Assembly (NCBI GenBank): GCA_020847495.1
Contig: JADLCA010000073.1
Coordinates: 1 to 45,183 of the forward strand
Length of the DNA: 45,183 bases
Direction of reading: 5' to 3'
Source: Candidatus Hydrogenedentota bacterium
Lineage (GTDB): Bacteria > Hydrogenedentota > Hydrogenedentia > Hydrogenedentales > SLHB01
Below the pieces are notes generated by a model. That model did no database searches. It was given only the letters and a program-made list of their open reading frames with translations, and had not been told where the DNA came from. Positions 32,012-41,173 of the stretch are shown one piece after another; within the stretch, counting starts at the first letter, position 1; each line of letters opens with the position of its first letter. Made by a program: the position numbers and the translations under genes.

Positions 32012-34093
32012 ATGGCTGTCGCACGCGAGGAGATGGCGGACCAACGATGGAGCCTGATGCGCAATCAGGACATTGCGCTGGCTCTCTGCGTCGTCGTCAT
32101 TCTCATCGTCTTGATCATCCCCATCCCGACGTGGCTCCTCGATATCCTCCTTACCTTCAATATCTCGGTGGCCGTCGTCGTTCTCATGGCGACCATCTAC
32201 CTGCAACGCCCTGTCGAATTCGCCGTGTTCCCGTCTTTGCTGCTGATGCTGACGCTGTTCCGCCTGAGCCTGAATGTCGCCGCTACGCGCCTGATCCTTT
32301 CCGACGGCAACGCGGGCTCCGTGATCAACGCCTTCGGCGGGTTCGTCACGAGCGGCAGTTACGTGGTCGGGATTGTTATCTTCTCCATCCTCGTCATCAT
32401 CCAGTTCGTCGTCATTACCAAGGGCGCGACGCGCATCTCTGAAGTCGCGGCCCGCTTCACGTTGGATGCCATGCCGGGCAAGCAGATGGGCGTGGACGCC
32501 GATCTCAACGCCGGCCTCATCACCGAGGAGCAGGCCCGCGAGCGCCGGCGCGGCATCGAGCGGGAAGCCGATTTCTACGGCGCCATGGACGGCGCAACGA
32601 AGTTCGTGCGAGGCGATGCCATCGCGGGCATCATCATCACGATCGTGAATATCGTGGGCGGTCTGGTGATCGGCATTGTTCTGCAGGGACGCCCCCTGGT
32701 GGAGGCGTTGCAGCTTTACACCAACCTGACCATCGGCGATGGACTGGTATCCCAAGTGCCCGCCCTTATCATCTCCACTGCCGCGGGCCTCATCGTAACC
32801 CGCACAACCTCCGATGACCATCTGGGATACGACCTGTCCAGGCAACTCATGCGTTACCCGCGCGCCCTGGGCCTCAGCGCGTTGCTGCTCGCCTTCATGG
32901 GTGTCGTGCCGGGCATGCCAACCGCCCCGTTCCTGTCGATCGCCGCGCTGCTGGCTGTGCTCGCATTCCAATCCGGGCAGGCACTTCGGAGAGAGCAAGA
33001 GACCGCACAAGCCCGGAGACTCGCCCAGCAAGAGGCGGACGTCAAGGAGGAACCCGCGAAGACCGAGGACCTGCTGGTCATCGATCCGCTCAAGATCGAG
33101 CTGGGCTACGGTCTCATTGCCCTGGCGGACCCCAAACAAGGCGGCGACCTGCTGACACGCATCCAGATCATCCGCCAGCAAATGGCCACCAAAATGGGGT
33201 TCATCGTCCCGGTCGTACGTATTGTCGACAACATGCGGCTGCGACCCAATGAATACCGCATCAAGCTGCGCGAGGCGGAGGTCGCCCGTTTCGAGTTGAT
33301 GCCTGGCCATTATCTGGCCATGAATGCGGGCCTGGTCGATGAGGAGATCGAAGGGATTCCGACACAGGAGCCGGCATTCGGGTTGAAAGCGGTTTGGGTG
33401 TCACAAGCCCAGCGGGACCGCGCGGAACGCCTGGGCTACACGATCGTGGAGCCCACTGCGGTGCTCGCCACGCACATGACCGAGTTGCTCATGACGTTCG
33501 CGCCCGAACTCCTCACGCGGCAGGACGTGCGCAACCTCATCGATCACCTCAAGGACAAGGCCAAGAGCGTCGTCGAAGAACTGTTGCCCAACGTGCTGCC
33601 GCTGGGTGAGATTCAGAAGGTCCTGCAGAACCTCCTGCGCGAGCGAGTCTCCATCCGCAACCTCGAGACGATACTCGAAGTGCTGGCGGACTTCGCCCCG
33701 CGCACGCGGGACACGGAAGTCCTTACCGAGTATGCCCGCCACGCACTCGCGCGCCAGATATGCGCCGGACACGCCGATGAAGATGGTGTGGTGCGGGTGG
33801 TCACGCTTGCGCCGGACATCGAGCGCGAGATTATCGAGGCCGTGCGCAAGGCCGAAACGGGCGAATACATTCCCGTGGAACCCAACCGGGCCGAGGAGAT
33901 CGCGCGAAAGACCGTCCAGGCCGTGCAGCCCATGGTGCTGGGAGGACAGGACCCCATCGTGTTGACCTCGGCCCAGGTGCGCCGCTACTTCCGGCGCATC
34001 GTCGAGCGGCGCATGCCGAAAATCGTGGTGCTCTCGTATAACGAGATCGACCCCGCGGTCCGGTTGGAAAGCGAAGGACAGGTGAGCAACTGA
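32012..34093 (+). CDS. flhA: Flagellar export gate protein FlhA
   Basis: 693 aa. Motifs FPSLLLMLTLFRLSLNVAATRLIL and GVDADLNAGLITEEQARERR are present, followed by the typical cytoplasmic C-domain. Confidence 0.95.
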   Translation: MAVAREEMADQRWSLMRNQDIALALCVVVILIVLIIPIPTWLLDILLTFNISVAVVVLMATIYLQRPVEFAVFPSLLLMLTLFRLSLNVAATRLILSDGNAGSVINAFGGFVTSGSYVVGIVIFSILVIIQFVVITKGATRISEVAARFTLDAMPGKQMGVDADLNAGLITEEQARERRRGIEREADFYGAMDGATKFVRGDAIAGIIITIVNIVGGLVIGIVLQGRPLVEALQLYTNLTIGDGLVSQVPALIISTAAGLIVTRTTSDDHLGYDLSRQLMRYPRALGLSALLLAFMGVVPGMPTAPFLSIAALLAVLAFQSGQALRREQETAQARRLAQQEADVKEEPAKTEDLLVIDPLKIELGYGLIALADPKQGGDLLTRIQIIRQQMATKMGFIVPVVRIVDNMRLRPNEYRIKLREAEVARFELMPGHYLAMNAGLVDEEIEGIPTQEPAFGLKAVWVSQAQRDRAERLGYTIVEPTAVLATHMTELLMTFAPELLTRQDVRNLIDHLKDKAKSVVEELLPNVLPLGEIQKVLQNLLRERVSIRNLETILEVLADFAPRTRDTEVLTEYARHALARQICAGHADEDGVVRVVTLAPDIEREIIEAVRKAETGEYIPVEPNRAEEIARKTVQAVQPMVLGGQDPIVLTSAQVRRYFRRIVERRMPKIVVLSYNEIDPAVRLESEGQVSN

Positions 34094-34094
34094 C

Positions 34095-35444
34095 ATGGCA
34101 CAGGAATTCCACCGATTCAAGGCCGAATCTCTCGACGAAGCTTACAACCTGATGCGCGAGAAGCTCGGGGATGACGCCATCGTGGTGCGCACGGCGCAGG
34201 TCAAGGACGGGGGCATCTTCGGGTTCATGGGCAGACCAATGGTCGAACTCACGGCCACAGGTCCGGAGAAACACGATGCCGCACGCAAACGGAGCGCGGT
34301 GGAGCGGCGCTACGCGACTGCGTCGATGCCGAAACCTGCCGTCAGCACGCCCGCACCGGCGGCTGTTCCCGGGAAAACGGCTGTGGGTTCCGACGAGACC
34401 GTCGCGGACTCCGTGGCGTATTTTCAGCAGCTTGTGTCTGACGCACAGAAACGTCTTGGGGTAAGGCCACAGGGTCGGGGGCCACAGGCACATGCGGAAG
34501 CTGTGGCCCCGATCATCCCCTTCCGGCGTCCGAAAGAGGAGCCCGCGCCTGACACCTTGCGCAGGGAATTGCGTGAACTCCGGGAACTGGTGGAGGTGCT
34601 CGTCGCGGAATCGCCCGGTTCCGGCGTGCCGGCCGAGTGCGCGCCCTTGTACAAGAGGCTCATTGACTGCGGGACCTCGCGAAAAGCGGCCGCGGCGCTC
34701 CTCGCGGGGGTCGTGCGCAACAGCGATCTCGACATCATTCGCGACCCTCGCGTGATCGCGCAGCGGCTCGCGTTCGAAGTGGCCAAGCAGGTGCGTGTCA
34801 CGGGAGGCGTCACGGTATGCGCCGGCACGCGCCGCACCATCGCGCTCGTGGGGGCGACCGGCGTCGGGAAAACGACCAATCTCGCCAAACTGGCCGCGCA
34901 CTTCGCCGTACGCGAGCGTGCGCGCGTGGCCCTCGTCACGGCGGACACCTATCGCGTCGCAGCGCCCGAGCAGTTGCGCGTGTACGCCAACATCATCGGA
35001 ATCCCGATGCATATCGTCAACGACCCCGCCGAAATGCGGGAGACGCTGCGCAAACTGCGCGACGTCGATCTGATCTTCGTGGACACGGCGGGTGGCAGTC
35101 AGTTCAATAAAGGGCAATTGCGGGAACTGCGCGAAATGCTGATCGCCGCCGCGCCCGATGAAACCATGCTCGTCATGGGCGCCAACACACAGCTCGACGA
35201 TCTCCGGCAGATCCTGTTGAACTTCGCTCCGCTGCAGCCTACGTCCCTCTTCTTCTCCAAGTTGGATGAGACGCGGCGGTACGGTTCGCTCTATACGCTC
35301 GCGACGGAGGCGGAGTTGCCGCTCAGTTACTTCAGCACGGGGCAGAATGTGCCCGAAGACCTGGTTCTCGTCAAGCCCGACATGGTGTCCAGCCTGCTCC
35401 TCGAAGGGAAGGCCCACCATCTGGGTAGTGGGAAAACGCGATAG
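34095..35444 (+). CDS. flhF: Flagellar SRP-type GTPase FlhF
   Basis: 449 aa with G1 GATGVGKTT, DTAGGS and the family tail FSKLDET...G. Confidence 0.9.
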   Translation: MAQEFHRFKAESLDEAYNLMREKLGDDAIVVRTAQVKDGGIFGFMGRPMVELTATGPEKHDAARKRSAVERRYATASMPKPAVSTPAPAAVPGKTAVGSDETVADSVAYFQQLVSDAQKRLGVRPQGRGPQAHAEAVAPIIPFRRPKEEPAPDTLRRELRELRELVEVLVAESPGSGVPAECAPLYKRLIDCGTSRKAAAALLAGVVRNSDLDIIRDPRVIAQRLAFEVAKQVRVTGGVTVCAGTRRTIALVGATGVGKTTNLAKLAAHFAVRERARVALVTADTYRVAAPEQLRVYANIIGIPMHIVNDPAEMRETLRKLRDVDLIFVDTAGGSQFNKGQLRELREMLIAAAPDETMLVMGANTQLDDLRQILLNFAPLQPTSLFFSKLDETRRYGSLYTLATEAELPLSYFSTGQNVPEDLVLVKPDMVSSLLLEGKAHHLGSGKTR

Positions 35445-35485
35445 GGCGATGGCCATTTCGCCCTCAACCATAAGGTAGACGAAAC

Positions 35486-36352
35486 GTGGCAGACCAAGCG
35501 CAGAATCTCCGGGACTTTGTCCGGCAACATCAGCGGAGCGCCCGGGTGCTCGCGGTGACGAGCGGAAAAGGCGGCGTGGGAAAGACCAACACGAGCATCA
35601 ACCTCGCGATTGCCCTTGCCAAGAAAGGGGTGCGCGTCGCCGTGCTCGACGCCGATCTTGGTCTGGCCAATGTCGAAGTCCTGCTCGGCCTCAACTCGCT
35701 TTATAACATCCAGCACGTCATCGCGGGGGAACGCTCCATGATGGAGGTGCTGGTTCAAGGCCCCGGCGGCATCAGTGTCATCCCCGGAAGCTCCGGGATT
35801 GCCCGCCTCGCCGACATGGGCCCCAGGGCCCGCCAGAACGTGCTGGACGCACTTCAGGAACTGCAAGAGAACCACGATTTCATCATCGTCGACACAATGG
35901 CCGGTATCGGTCAGAACGCCGTGGCGTTCGCGGCCGCGTGCGATGAGATTCTGTTGATCACTACACCGGAACCCTCGTCCATCGTGGACGCGTACGCCAT
36001 GATAAAGACGATTTACCAGATGCGCGATGACGCGGTGTTCCGCCTGATTGTGAACCAAGCCCTTAACGAGGCGCAGGCCAAGGCCGTGGCCGCGAAGATG
36101 TCCCAGGTGGCCCAGCAATTCCTGGGGCGCAAGATCTCCTATTTCGGATTCATCCCCAGGGACCCGCACGTGCAGCAGAGCGTGATGCAATCCAACCCGT
36201 TCATGCTTCGTTTTCCGCAGTGCGCGGCGGCATCCAACGTACAGGCGCTCGCGACGCGCCTGATGCAGCAACGAATGGACCAGACGGCTCCCTCGCGTTC
36301 GGGTTTCTTCCGGCGCATCGCGGAGAATCTGGGACTGGCCAGCAACGGGTAG
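35486..36352 (+). CDS. flhG: MinD/ParA-type ATPase FlhG (FleN/YlxH)
   Basis: 288 aa with a GTG start. Deviant Walker A SGKGGVGKT and DADLGLANVEVLLG are present. The gene directly follows flhF. Confidence 0.88.
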   Translation: MADQAQNLRDFVRQHQRSARVLAVTSGKGGVGKTNTSINLAIALAKKGVRVAVLDADLGLANVEVLLGLNSLYNIQHVIAGERSMMEVLVQGPGGISVIPGSSGIARLADMGPRARQNVLDALQELQENHDFIIVDTMAGIGQNAVAFAAACDEILLITTPEPSSIVDAYAMIKTIYQMRDDAVFRLIVNQALNEAQAKAVAAKMSQVAQQFLGRKISYFGFIPRDPHVQQSVMQSNPFMLRFPQCAAASNVQALATRLMQQRMDQTAPSRSGFFRRIAENLGLASNG

Positions 36353-36473
36353 GCCCAAGGTCAGTCTATTCTCACCGCAGGCAAGCCTGCTCGGTCAAAG
36401 CAGCGGCAAGCCGCCGCACTCCATACGTGCGCGTATGCGCAACACAGCATAGCCGCAACCAAAGAAGGAGATT

Positions 36474-36597
36474 GTCCGCGCTCATCCGCGCTCATCCGCG
36501 CTCATCCGTGAGTGTCCGTGCTCGTCCGTGAGTGTCCGTGCTCGTCCGTGAGTGTCCGTGAGTGTCCGTGAGTGTCCGTGAGTGAAGGTGAGTGAAC
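36474..36597. repeat. About twelve tandem 10-bp units (cgcgctcatc x3, then alternating cgtgagtgtc / cgtgctcgtc, ending in degenerate units)
   Basis: The exact 10-bp phase is visible across 36474-36597, in the gap between the flhG stop and the lptB stop. Confidence 0.85.
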
Positions 36598-36755
36598 GCA
36601 AATAAAGAGGAAATGTGCCGAGACTGCATGCGGTCTCTCTTGAGGCCTGAAGGGCCAGCGCCATACTAGCCCAGGGCAAAGCGAAGCGGCGCCCTGGGTA
36701 AAAGGCCCCTCCCCCCAGTTCTTGAGCGCTGAAAGTGCGGCACGAGGCCCAAGAA

Positions 36756-36774
36756 ACGCGGTTACAAACCGCGT
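36756..36774 (-). terminator. Candidate terminator downstream of lptB
   Basis: acgcggt / accgcgt forms a 7-bp stem with a 5-nt loop. On the minus strand it is followed by TTCTT. It lies about 135 nt after the lptB stop. Confidence 0.3.
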
Positions 36775-36909
36775 CCACTATGACTCCTCTCCCGCGACTC
36801 TCCACACAATACGCCACGCGCGAGAAGCGCCTGCTCTCTTGTGCCCTGAAAGGTCCAAACACGCAAGGCCGAAGCGCAGCGAACGCCTTCCCTGGGTCCC
36901 GGCACCCCC

Positions 36910-37647
36910 CTACATGCGGAACCGTTCGCCGAGGTAGGCCCTTCTGACGGCTTCGTTGGCTGAGATCTCCTCCGGACTGCCCGAGAAAATGATCTTGCCC
37001 GCCTCGATGATATAGGCGCGATCTGTGATCTCCAATGTGTCGCGCACATTGTGGTCGGTGATGAGGACGCCGATCCCCGCTTTCTTGAGCGCATGCACAA
37101 TGTCCTGCAGATCCGCCACCGCGATGGGATCGATGCCCGCGAAGGGCTCGTCCAGCAGGAACACCTTGGGCGCGGTCACCAGCGCCCGGCAGATCTCCGT
37201 GCGCCGCCGCTCGCCCCCGGACAGGCTGTAGGCGGGGTTGTCAGCCAATTCCGTAATGTTCAGATCCGCCATCAACTCCTCGGCGCGTTTCCGGCGCTCG
37301 GCCCCGCTCATGGACTTGTGCTCAAGCACCGCCATGATGTTCTGCCGGACGGTGAGCTTCCGGAACACCGACGGCTCCTGAGGCAGATACGCCATCCCTG
37401 CGCGCGCGCGGCGGTACATGGGGAACCGAGTGACGTCTTGACCGCAGAACCAGATGCTGCCCTGATTCGGCCGCAGCATGCCCACGGCCATGCGGAACGT
37501 TGTCGTCTTGCCCGCGCCATTGGACCCCAGTAGGCCCACCACTTCCCCCGGATGCACTTCGATGCTCACATCGTTCACGACGACGCGGCGTTTGAATCGC
37601 TTCACCAGGCCCACGGCGCGCAGTAAAGGCGTATTGGTATCACTCAC
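36910..37647 (-). CDS. lptB: LPS export ABC transporter ATP-binding protein LptB
   Basis: 245 aa. It shows GSNGAGKTTTF, MAYLPQEPSVFRKLTV, LSGGERRR and FLLDEPFAGIDP, plus the characteristic C-terminal extension. Confidence 0.92.
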   Translation of the reverse strand: MSDTNTPLLRAVGLVKRFKRRVVVNDVSIEVHPGEVVGLLGSNGAGKTTTFRMAVGMLRPNQGSIWFCGQDVTRFPMYRRARAGMAYLPQEPSVFRKLTVRQNIMAVLEHKSMSGAERRKRAEELMADLNITELADNPAYSLSGGERRRTEICRALVTAPKVFLLDEPFAGIDPIAVADLQDIVHALKKAGIGVLITDHNVRDTLEITDRAYIIEAGKIIFSGSPEEISANEAVRRAYLGERFRM

Positions 37648-37664
37648 AAACTCAAGACTCCTGT

Positions 37665-39053
37665 TCAGGAATTGGGTTGCGCCTCGGCGGCCTTTTCCGG
37701 GCCCAGGGCGTCGCGGTCCACTTCCTTGGCACGCGCGCTTTCCATTTTGATGTTCCCCGTGCGCAAATCGTAGACGATCTGTTGGGCCGTCAATCCCGTG
37801 AGACCGGGACGTTCCCCCGTGACATTGCCGGTAAACGTGAGCTTATTGGACGCCATGTTGAGATCCGCCGCGTCCGACCGAATGTCCGTGGTTTGACCAT
37901 CCACGCTGACCTCGTCCTTCAGCAGGACTCGTTCAGGAGAAGTCGCACCCTCGGGATAGGCAAAGGTCAATTCCCGCGCGCGCAGTTTCAACGGTTCCAC
38001 GTCGGGTTTGCTTGCATGCATGATGATATTCACACCACCCCGGATCCAATTGAGTTTGCCCGCCGCCATGGAGACTTCCGGTGCCTTCTCGATATCCATG
38101 CGCGAAAAGGACTGCTCTTCTCCCTCCGGCTTTTCCGTCTCGGCCGTTTGAATCTGCAACCCCTGCGCCGTTAGGTTGGTCATCGTGGTCTCGCCGCTGT
38201 CCATGTTGTACGTCAGCGTATCTGTGCGGAAGGACTCAATCTGATCCGTCGCCCCTTGCACATTGTTCTTGAACTCCAATACCTTCTTCGCCAGGTTGAA
38301 ATCGGCGAGGTCCGACCGGATGTCGCCCTGGGGCCCGTCAACGCGCACCGCATTTCGCATTTCGATCACGGAAGGCTGTCCGCTCGCCGACCACGCAAAA
38401 CCCACCGTCGAGGCGCTCATCTTCAACGCCTTGGATTTGCCGTCCGAGGGATGCAACGTGATGGCTACGCCGCCATCCATGCTTTTCACCTGGCCGCCCC
38501 CGAATTGAACGGAAGCCGCGCGATCGATATCCATGCGGGAGAAGTTGGTGGCCCCTGGTGTCCCTCCTTCCGGCGCGCTGCTCAGGTTGATACCCGTGGC
38601 CCGCAGTCCCACCATCTCGCTGTCTCCGGTGCCGAGGTCGTAGACGATTCTCTCGGCTTCGAAATCACTGATCTGATCCGACTTCCCGCGCACGTTCCCC
38701 GAGAAGGTGAGCAGGTTCTTCGCGAGCGCCAGTTCCGCGCGCTCAGACGTAATGAGGCCCTGAGGACTGTCGACGCGCACTTCCTGCTCGAGCGTGATGA
38801 GCGAAGGGGTGCTCCCTCCTTCTTCGGGCCACGTAAACAGGATTTCCTGCGCGGCGAGCACCATGGGCTTCGCTTCGGCGCTTTCCGGACGCAGGGTGAT
38901 CTCCACACCGCCGGATATGCGCGTCAGGCGGGAGTTCTTGAACTCCACCAGCGGCGCCGGTTTGTCGATATCGATCGCGGAGAACTCGGGCGCCGTCTGG
39001 CCCATTGCGGAAGCCGCCACGCTGCACACAATCGCCATAACGAGAATCTTCAT
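37665..39053 (-). CDS. LptA/OstA-like periplasmic protein made of three tandem modules of about 145 aa
   Basis: The start ATG at 39053 (MKILVMAIVCSVAASAMG, a signal peptide) overlaps the upstream stop (TGATG). The track start at 39407 is rejected. The three modules begin FSAIDIDKPAP, FSRMDIDRAAS and FSRMDIEKAPE. Each contains motifs of the type ...L.F.GNV.G....I....A..IVYDL..G. Confidence 0.8.
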   Translation of the reverse strand: MKILVMAIVCSVAASAMGQTAPEFSAIDIDKPAPLVEFKNSRLTRISGGVEITLRPESAEAKPMVLAAQEILFTWPEEGGSTPSLITLEQEVRVDSPQGLITSERAELALAKNLLTFSGNVRGKSDQISDFEAERIVYDLGTGDSEMVGLRATGINLSSAPEGGTPGATNFSRMDIDRAASVQFGGGQVKSMDGGVAITLHPSDGKSKALKMSASTVGFAWSASGQPSVIEMRNAVRVDGPQGDIRSDLADFNLAKKVLEFKNNVQGATDQIESFRTDTLTYNMDSGETTMTNLTAQGLQIQTAETEKPEGEEQSFSRMDIEKAPEVSMAAGKLNWIRGGVNIIMHASKPDVEPLKLRARELTFAYPEGATSPERVLLKDEVSVDGQTTDIRSDAADLNMASNKLTFTGNVTGERPGLTGLTAQQIVYDLRTGNIKMESARAKEVDRDALGPEKAAEAQPNS

Positions 39054-39646
39054 CAGGAGGTCCCTCCTGCACGTAATGCAACCGTTCCCGTGACTCCCTT
39101 CAACAGCATCGTCCGGGATTCGCTGCGGAACTCCATCCCCTGCGCAGTGAGTTTCGTATCCCCGTCCGTGATGGTCACGGCGTTGTCCGAGCGCGCCACT
39201 CCCTCTTCGTTGCTCCACGTCATATCCTGCAATTCCACGTGCTGGACGCCGATGTCCACCTTGACGCCGTCCTTGAGCGACGCGGTTTTGGTGTTGTCGT
39301 CGAACTGGGCGCTGCCCGCCTCGAAAGTCGTTTTCTCGTCGTCCTTGCCGTAGATGATGGCGGTGGCGGGAGTGAGCGCCCAGACGCCGTCCTCCAGCAG
39401 CGAACACCTGGGCGAGGAAACTTCGAATGTCGCACCCTGAGGTTGTTCACCCCCTATCGCGGGTTCGAAGAAGCGCAGGGTCATGCTGCCCGTCATGCTC
39501 ACCTGCTCCTGCTCCGGACCGGCAGGTGCTGGGGAAGCCTCGCCCCCAGGCTGTCCCGGGGTCTGCTTCGGCGGAGTCTCCGGTGAGGGGGCTTTGCAGC
39601 CCAACACCCCGCACAGCGCGGCCGTGATGAGAAGCATTCGCATCAT
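39053..39646 (-). CDS. LptC-like / OstA-fold lipoprotein
   Basis: 197 aa with lipobox LCGVLGC and a Pro/Gly-rich linker followed by a beta-rich domain. It sits between coaX and the lptA-like gene, and its start overlaps the coaX stop (ATGA). Confidence 0.65.
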   Translation of the reverse strand: MMRMLLITAALCGVLGCKAPSPETPPKQTPGQPGGEASPAPAGPEQEQVSMTGSMTLRFFEPAIGGEQPQGATFEVSSPRCSLLEDGVWALTPATAIIYGKDDEKTTFEAGSAQFDDNTKTASLKDGVKVDIGVQHVELQDMTWSNEEGVARSDNAVTITDGDTKLTAQGMEFRSESRTMLLKGVTGTVALRAGGTS

Positions 39647-40416
39647 TGGGGCGTCCTCTCGTTCTTCCAGTATACCGCCTTGAGGCCCTTCAGTGTCAGC
39701 AGCGGATCGACGTGCTGGATCCTGGTACTAATCTCGGAGATCAATCTCGCGAATCCGCCTGTCGCGACGACCGTGGGTTGCGTGCCCATCTCGGCGGTGA
39801 TCCGCCCGATGAGCCCGTCCACCAAATCTGCGTAGCCATAGGTCAAGCCCGACCGTATGTGGGCAATCGTGTCTTTGCCGATAACATGCTCGGGCCGCGC
39901 GATTTCGATGCGCGGCAGCTTGGCGCACTTCTCGAACAGGGCGTCCGCCGAAATCTGTAAACCGGGGACAATCACGCCGCCGCGGTACTCCGACGCTTCC
40001 GAAATGACGTCGAAGGTGGTGGCGGTTCCGAAATCCACGACGATCAGCGGCCCCTTGTACTCCTCCACGGCCGCAACGGCGTTAACGATACGGTCCGCGC
40101 CCACTTCCTTGGGGTTGTCCACCTTGATGACAATGCCTGTGCGAATGCCCGGGCCCACGAAGAGCGGAACGGCGCCAAACGCTTTGCGGCACACCACATC
40201 GAGCGCATGGTTGAATTGCGGCACCACGCTCGCGATGCAACAGCCATTCACGGCCTGCGGGTCAAGGCCTTGCTGTTGGAAGAGCATCGTAAACAGGACG
40301 CGCAGCTCGTCAGCCGTCCGGTGCGACGAGACGAGACGCCAGTTCGTAACAAGCTCGTTGCCCTGGTACAGGCCCAGAACTGTGTGCGAATTGCCAACGT
40401 CAATTACCAGCAGCAC
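39643..40416 (-). CDS. coaX: Type III pantothenate kinase
   Basis: 257 aa. MLLVIDVGNSHTVLGLY, GADRIVNAVAA and VVDFGTATTFD are present. Confidence 0.92.
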   Translation of the reverse strand: MLLVIDVGNSHTVLGLYQGNELVTNWRLVSSHRTADELRVLFTMLFQQQGLDPQAVNGCCIASVVPQFNHALDVVCRKAFGAVPLFVGPGIRTGIVIKVDNPKEVGADRIVNAVAAVEEYKGPLIVVDFGTATTFDVISEASEYRGGVIVPGLQISADALFEKCAKLPRIEIARPEHVIGKDTIAHIRSGLTYGYADLVDGLIGRITAEMGTQPTVVATGGFARLISEISTRIQHVDPLLTLKGLKAVYWKNERTPQ

Positions 40417-40420
40417 GCGG

Positions 40421-41173
40421 TCATGCTCCGTTCAATTCAACGATTTCGCCCAGCAGCACGCGCTCGACTCCTTTGTCCGTTTCGATCAGCAACGTGCCAT
40501 CGCGATCCACGGCCCGAACGGTGCCCACGCGATCGTGATGGCGTACACGCCGGCCCACCACACCGCAGGCCTCCGACCATTCCGCGTGAACGGCATCCCG
40601 CTTTCCCGCGCGCAGCGACACGATGCGCGCGTCGAGCGCAGTCAACACCTCCCGCAGCAGCGTTCCGCGATCCACGCAGTGCCCTGTCGCCAACTCGATT
40701 GATGTGGCCTTCGCGCGCAGTTCCTCGGGAAAATCCGCGGCCTGATGATGCACATTGATGCCGATCCCCAGCGCCATGCGGTTCCGCCGGCTCTCTAACA
40801 GAATTCCACAGACCTTCCTGCCGTTGAGTAACACATCGTTGGGCCACTTGACGGCCGCGCAGCCATAGCTATTCAAAACATCGCGCACGCTGAGGGGCGC
40901 GGCAAATGCCAAGCCTTCACAGGGCCCGTCGAAACCAATGCTGAACCACAAGCCGAGACCGGGCGCGCTCGCCCAGGACCGCCCATGCCGGCCGCGACCC
41001 GCGGTCTGGCGATCCGCAACGACCACCAAACCGTCCCCCCGCAACTGCAGGGCGCGATCGTTGGTGGATGTGACTTCTTCATACACCAGCACGCGCGAAC
41101 CGATGATCGACGTGTGCAGCGGGGTCGCCAGCAACGGCGGCTTCCGATGGACATCAGGCATTGGTGATTTCAA
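40421..41173 (-). CDS. birA: Biotin--[acetyl-CoA-carboxylase] ligase (no N-terminal HTH)
   Basis: 250 aa with the GRGRHGRSW motif and KWPNDVLLNGRKVCGILLE. The start could instead be 41161. Confidence 0.9.
   Translation of the reverse strand: MKSPMPDVHRKPPLLATPLHTSIIGSRVLVYEEVTSTNDRALQLRGDGLVVVADRQTAGRGRHGRSWASAPGLGLWFSIGFDGPCEGLAFAAPLSVRDVLNSYGCAAVKWPNDVLLNGRKVCGILLESRRNRMALGIGINVHHQAADFPEELRAKATSIELATGHCVDRGTLLREVLTALDARIVSLRAGKRDAVHAEWSEACGVVGRRVRHHDRVGTVRAVDRDGTLLIETDKGVERVLLGEIVELNGA

Noticed and set aside
31006-36358. Series of long minus-strand ORFs (31006-32064, 31847-33310, 33831-35471, 35327-36358)
   Set aside because: They are antisense to flhB, flhA, flhF and flhG, which carry unambiguous family motifs. 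The antisense products are low-complexity (R/H/G/D-rich) and overlap one another.
36474-36597. Possible CRISPR array (also considered for the arrays at 15202, 19631, 20258 and 27619)
   Set aside because: The units are 9-10 bp and directly abutting with no spacers. CRISPR repeats are about 23-50 bp separated by unique spacers, and no cas genes are present.
36482-36862. 126-aa minus-strand ORF with the repetitive peptide HGHSRTLTDTHGRARTLTD...
   Set aside because: The repeat peptide is simply the translation of the 10-bp DNA minisatellite. The ORF has no RBS or start context.
39054-39407. N-terminal 118-aa extension of the lptA-like ORF (track start 39407)
   Set aside because: It overlaps the lptC-like gene and is R/G/H-rich. 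The internal ATG at 39053 gives a canonical signal peptide and stop-start coupling.
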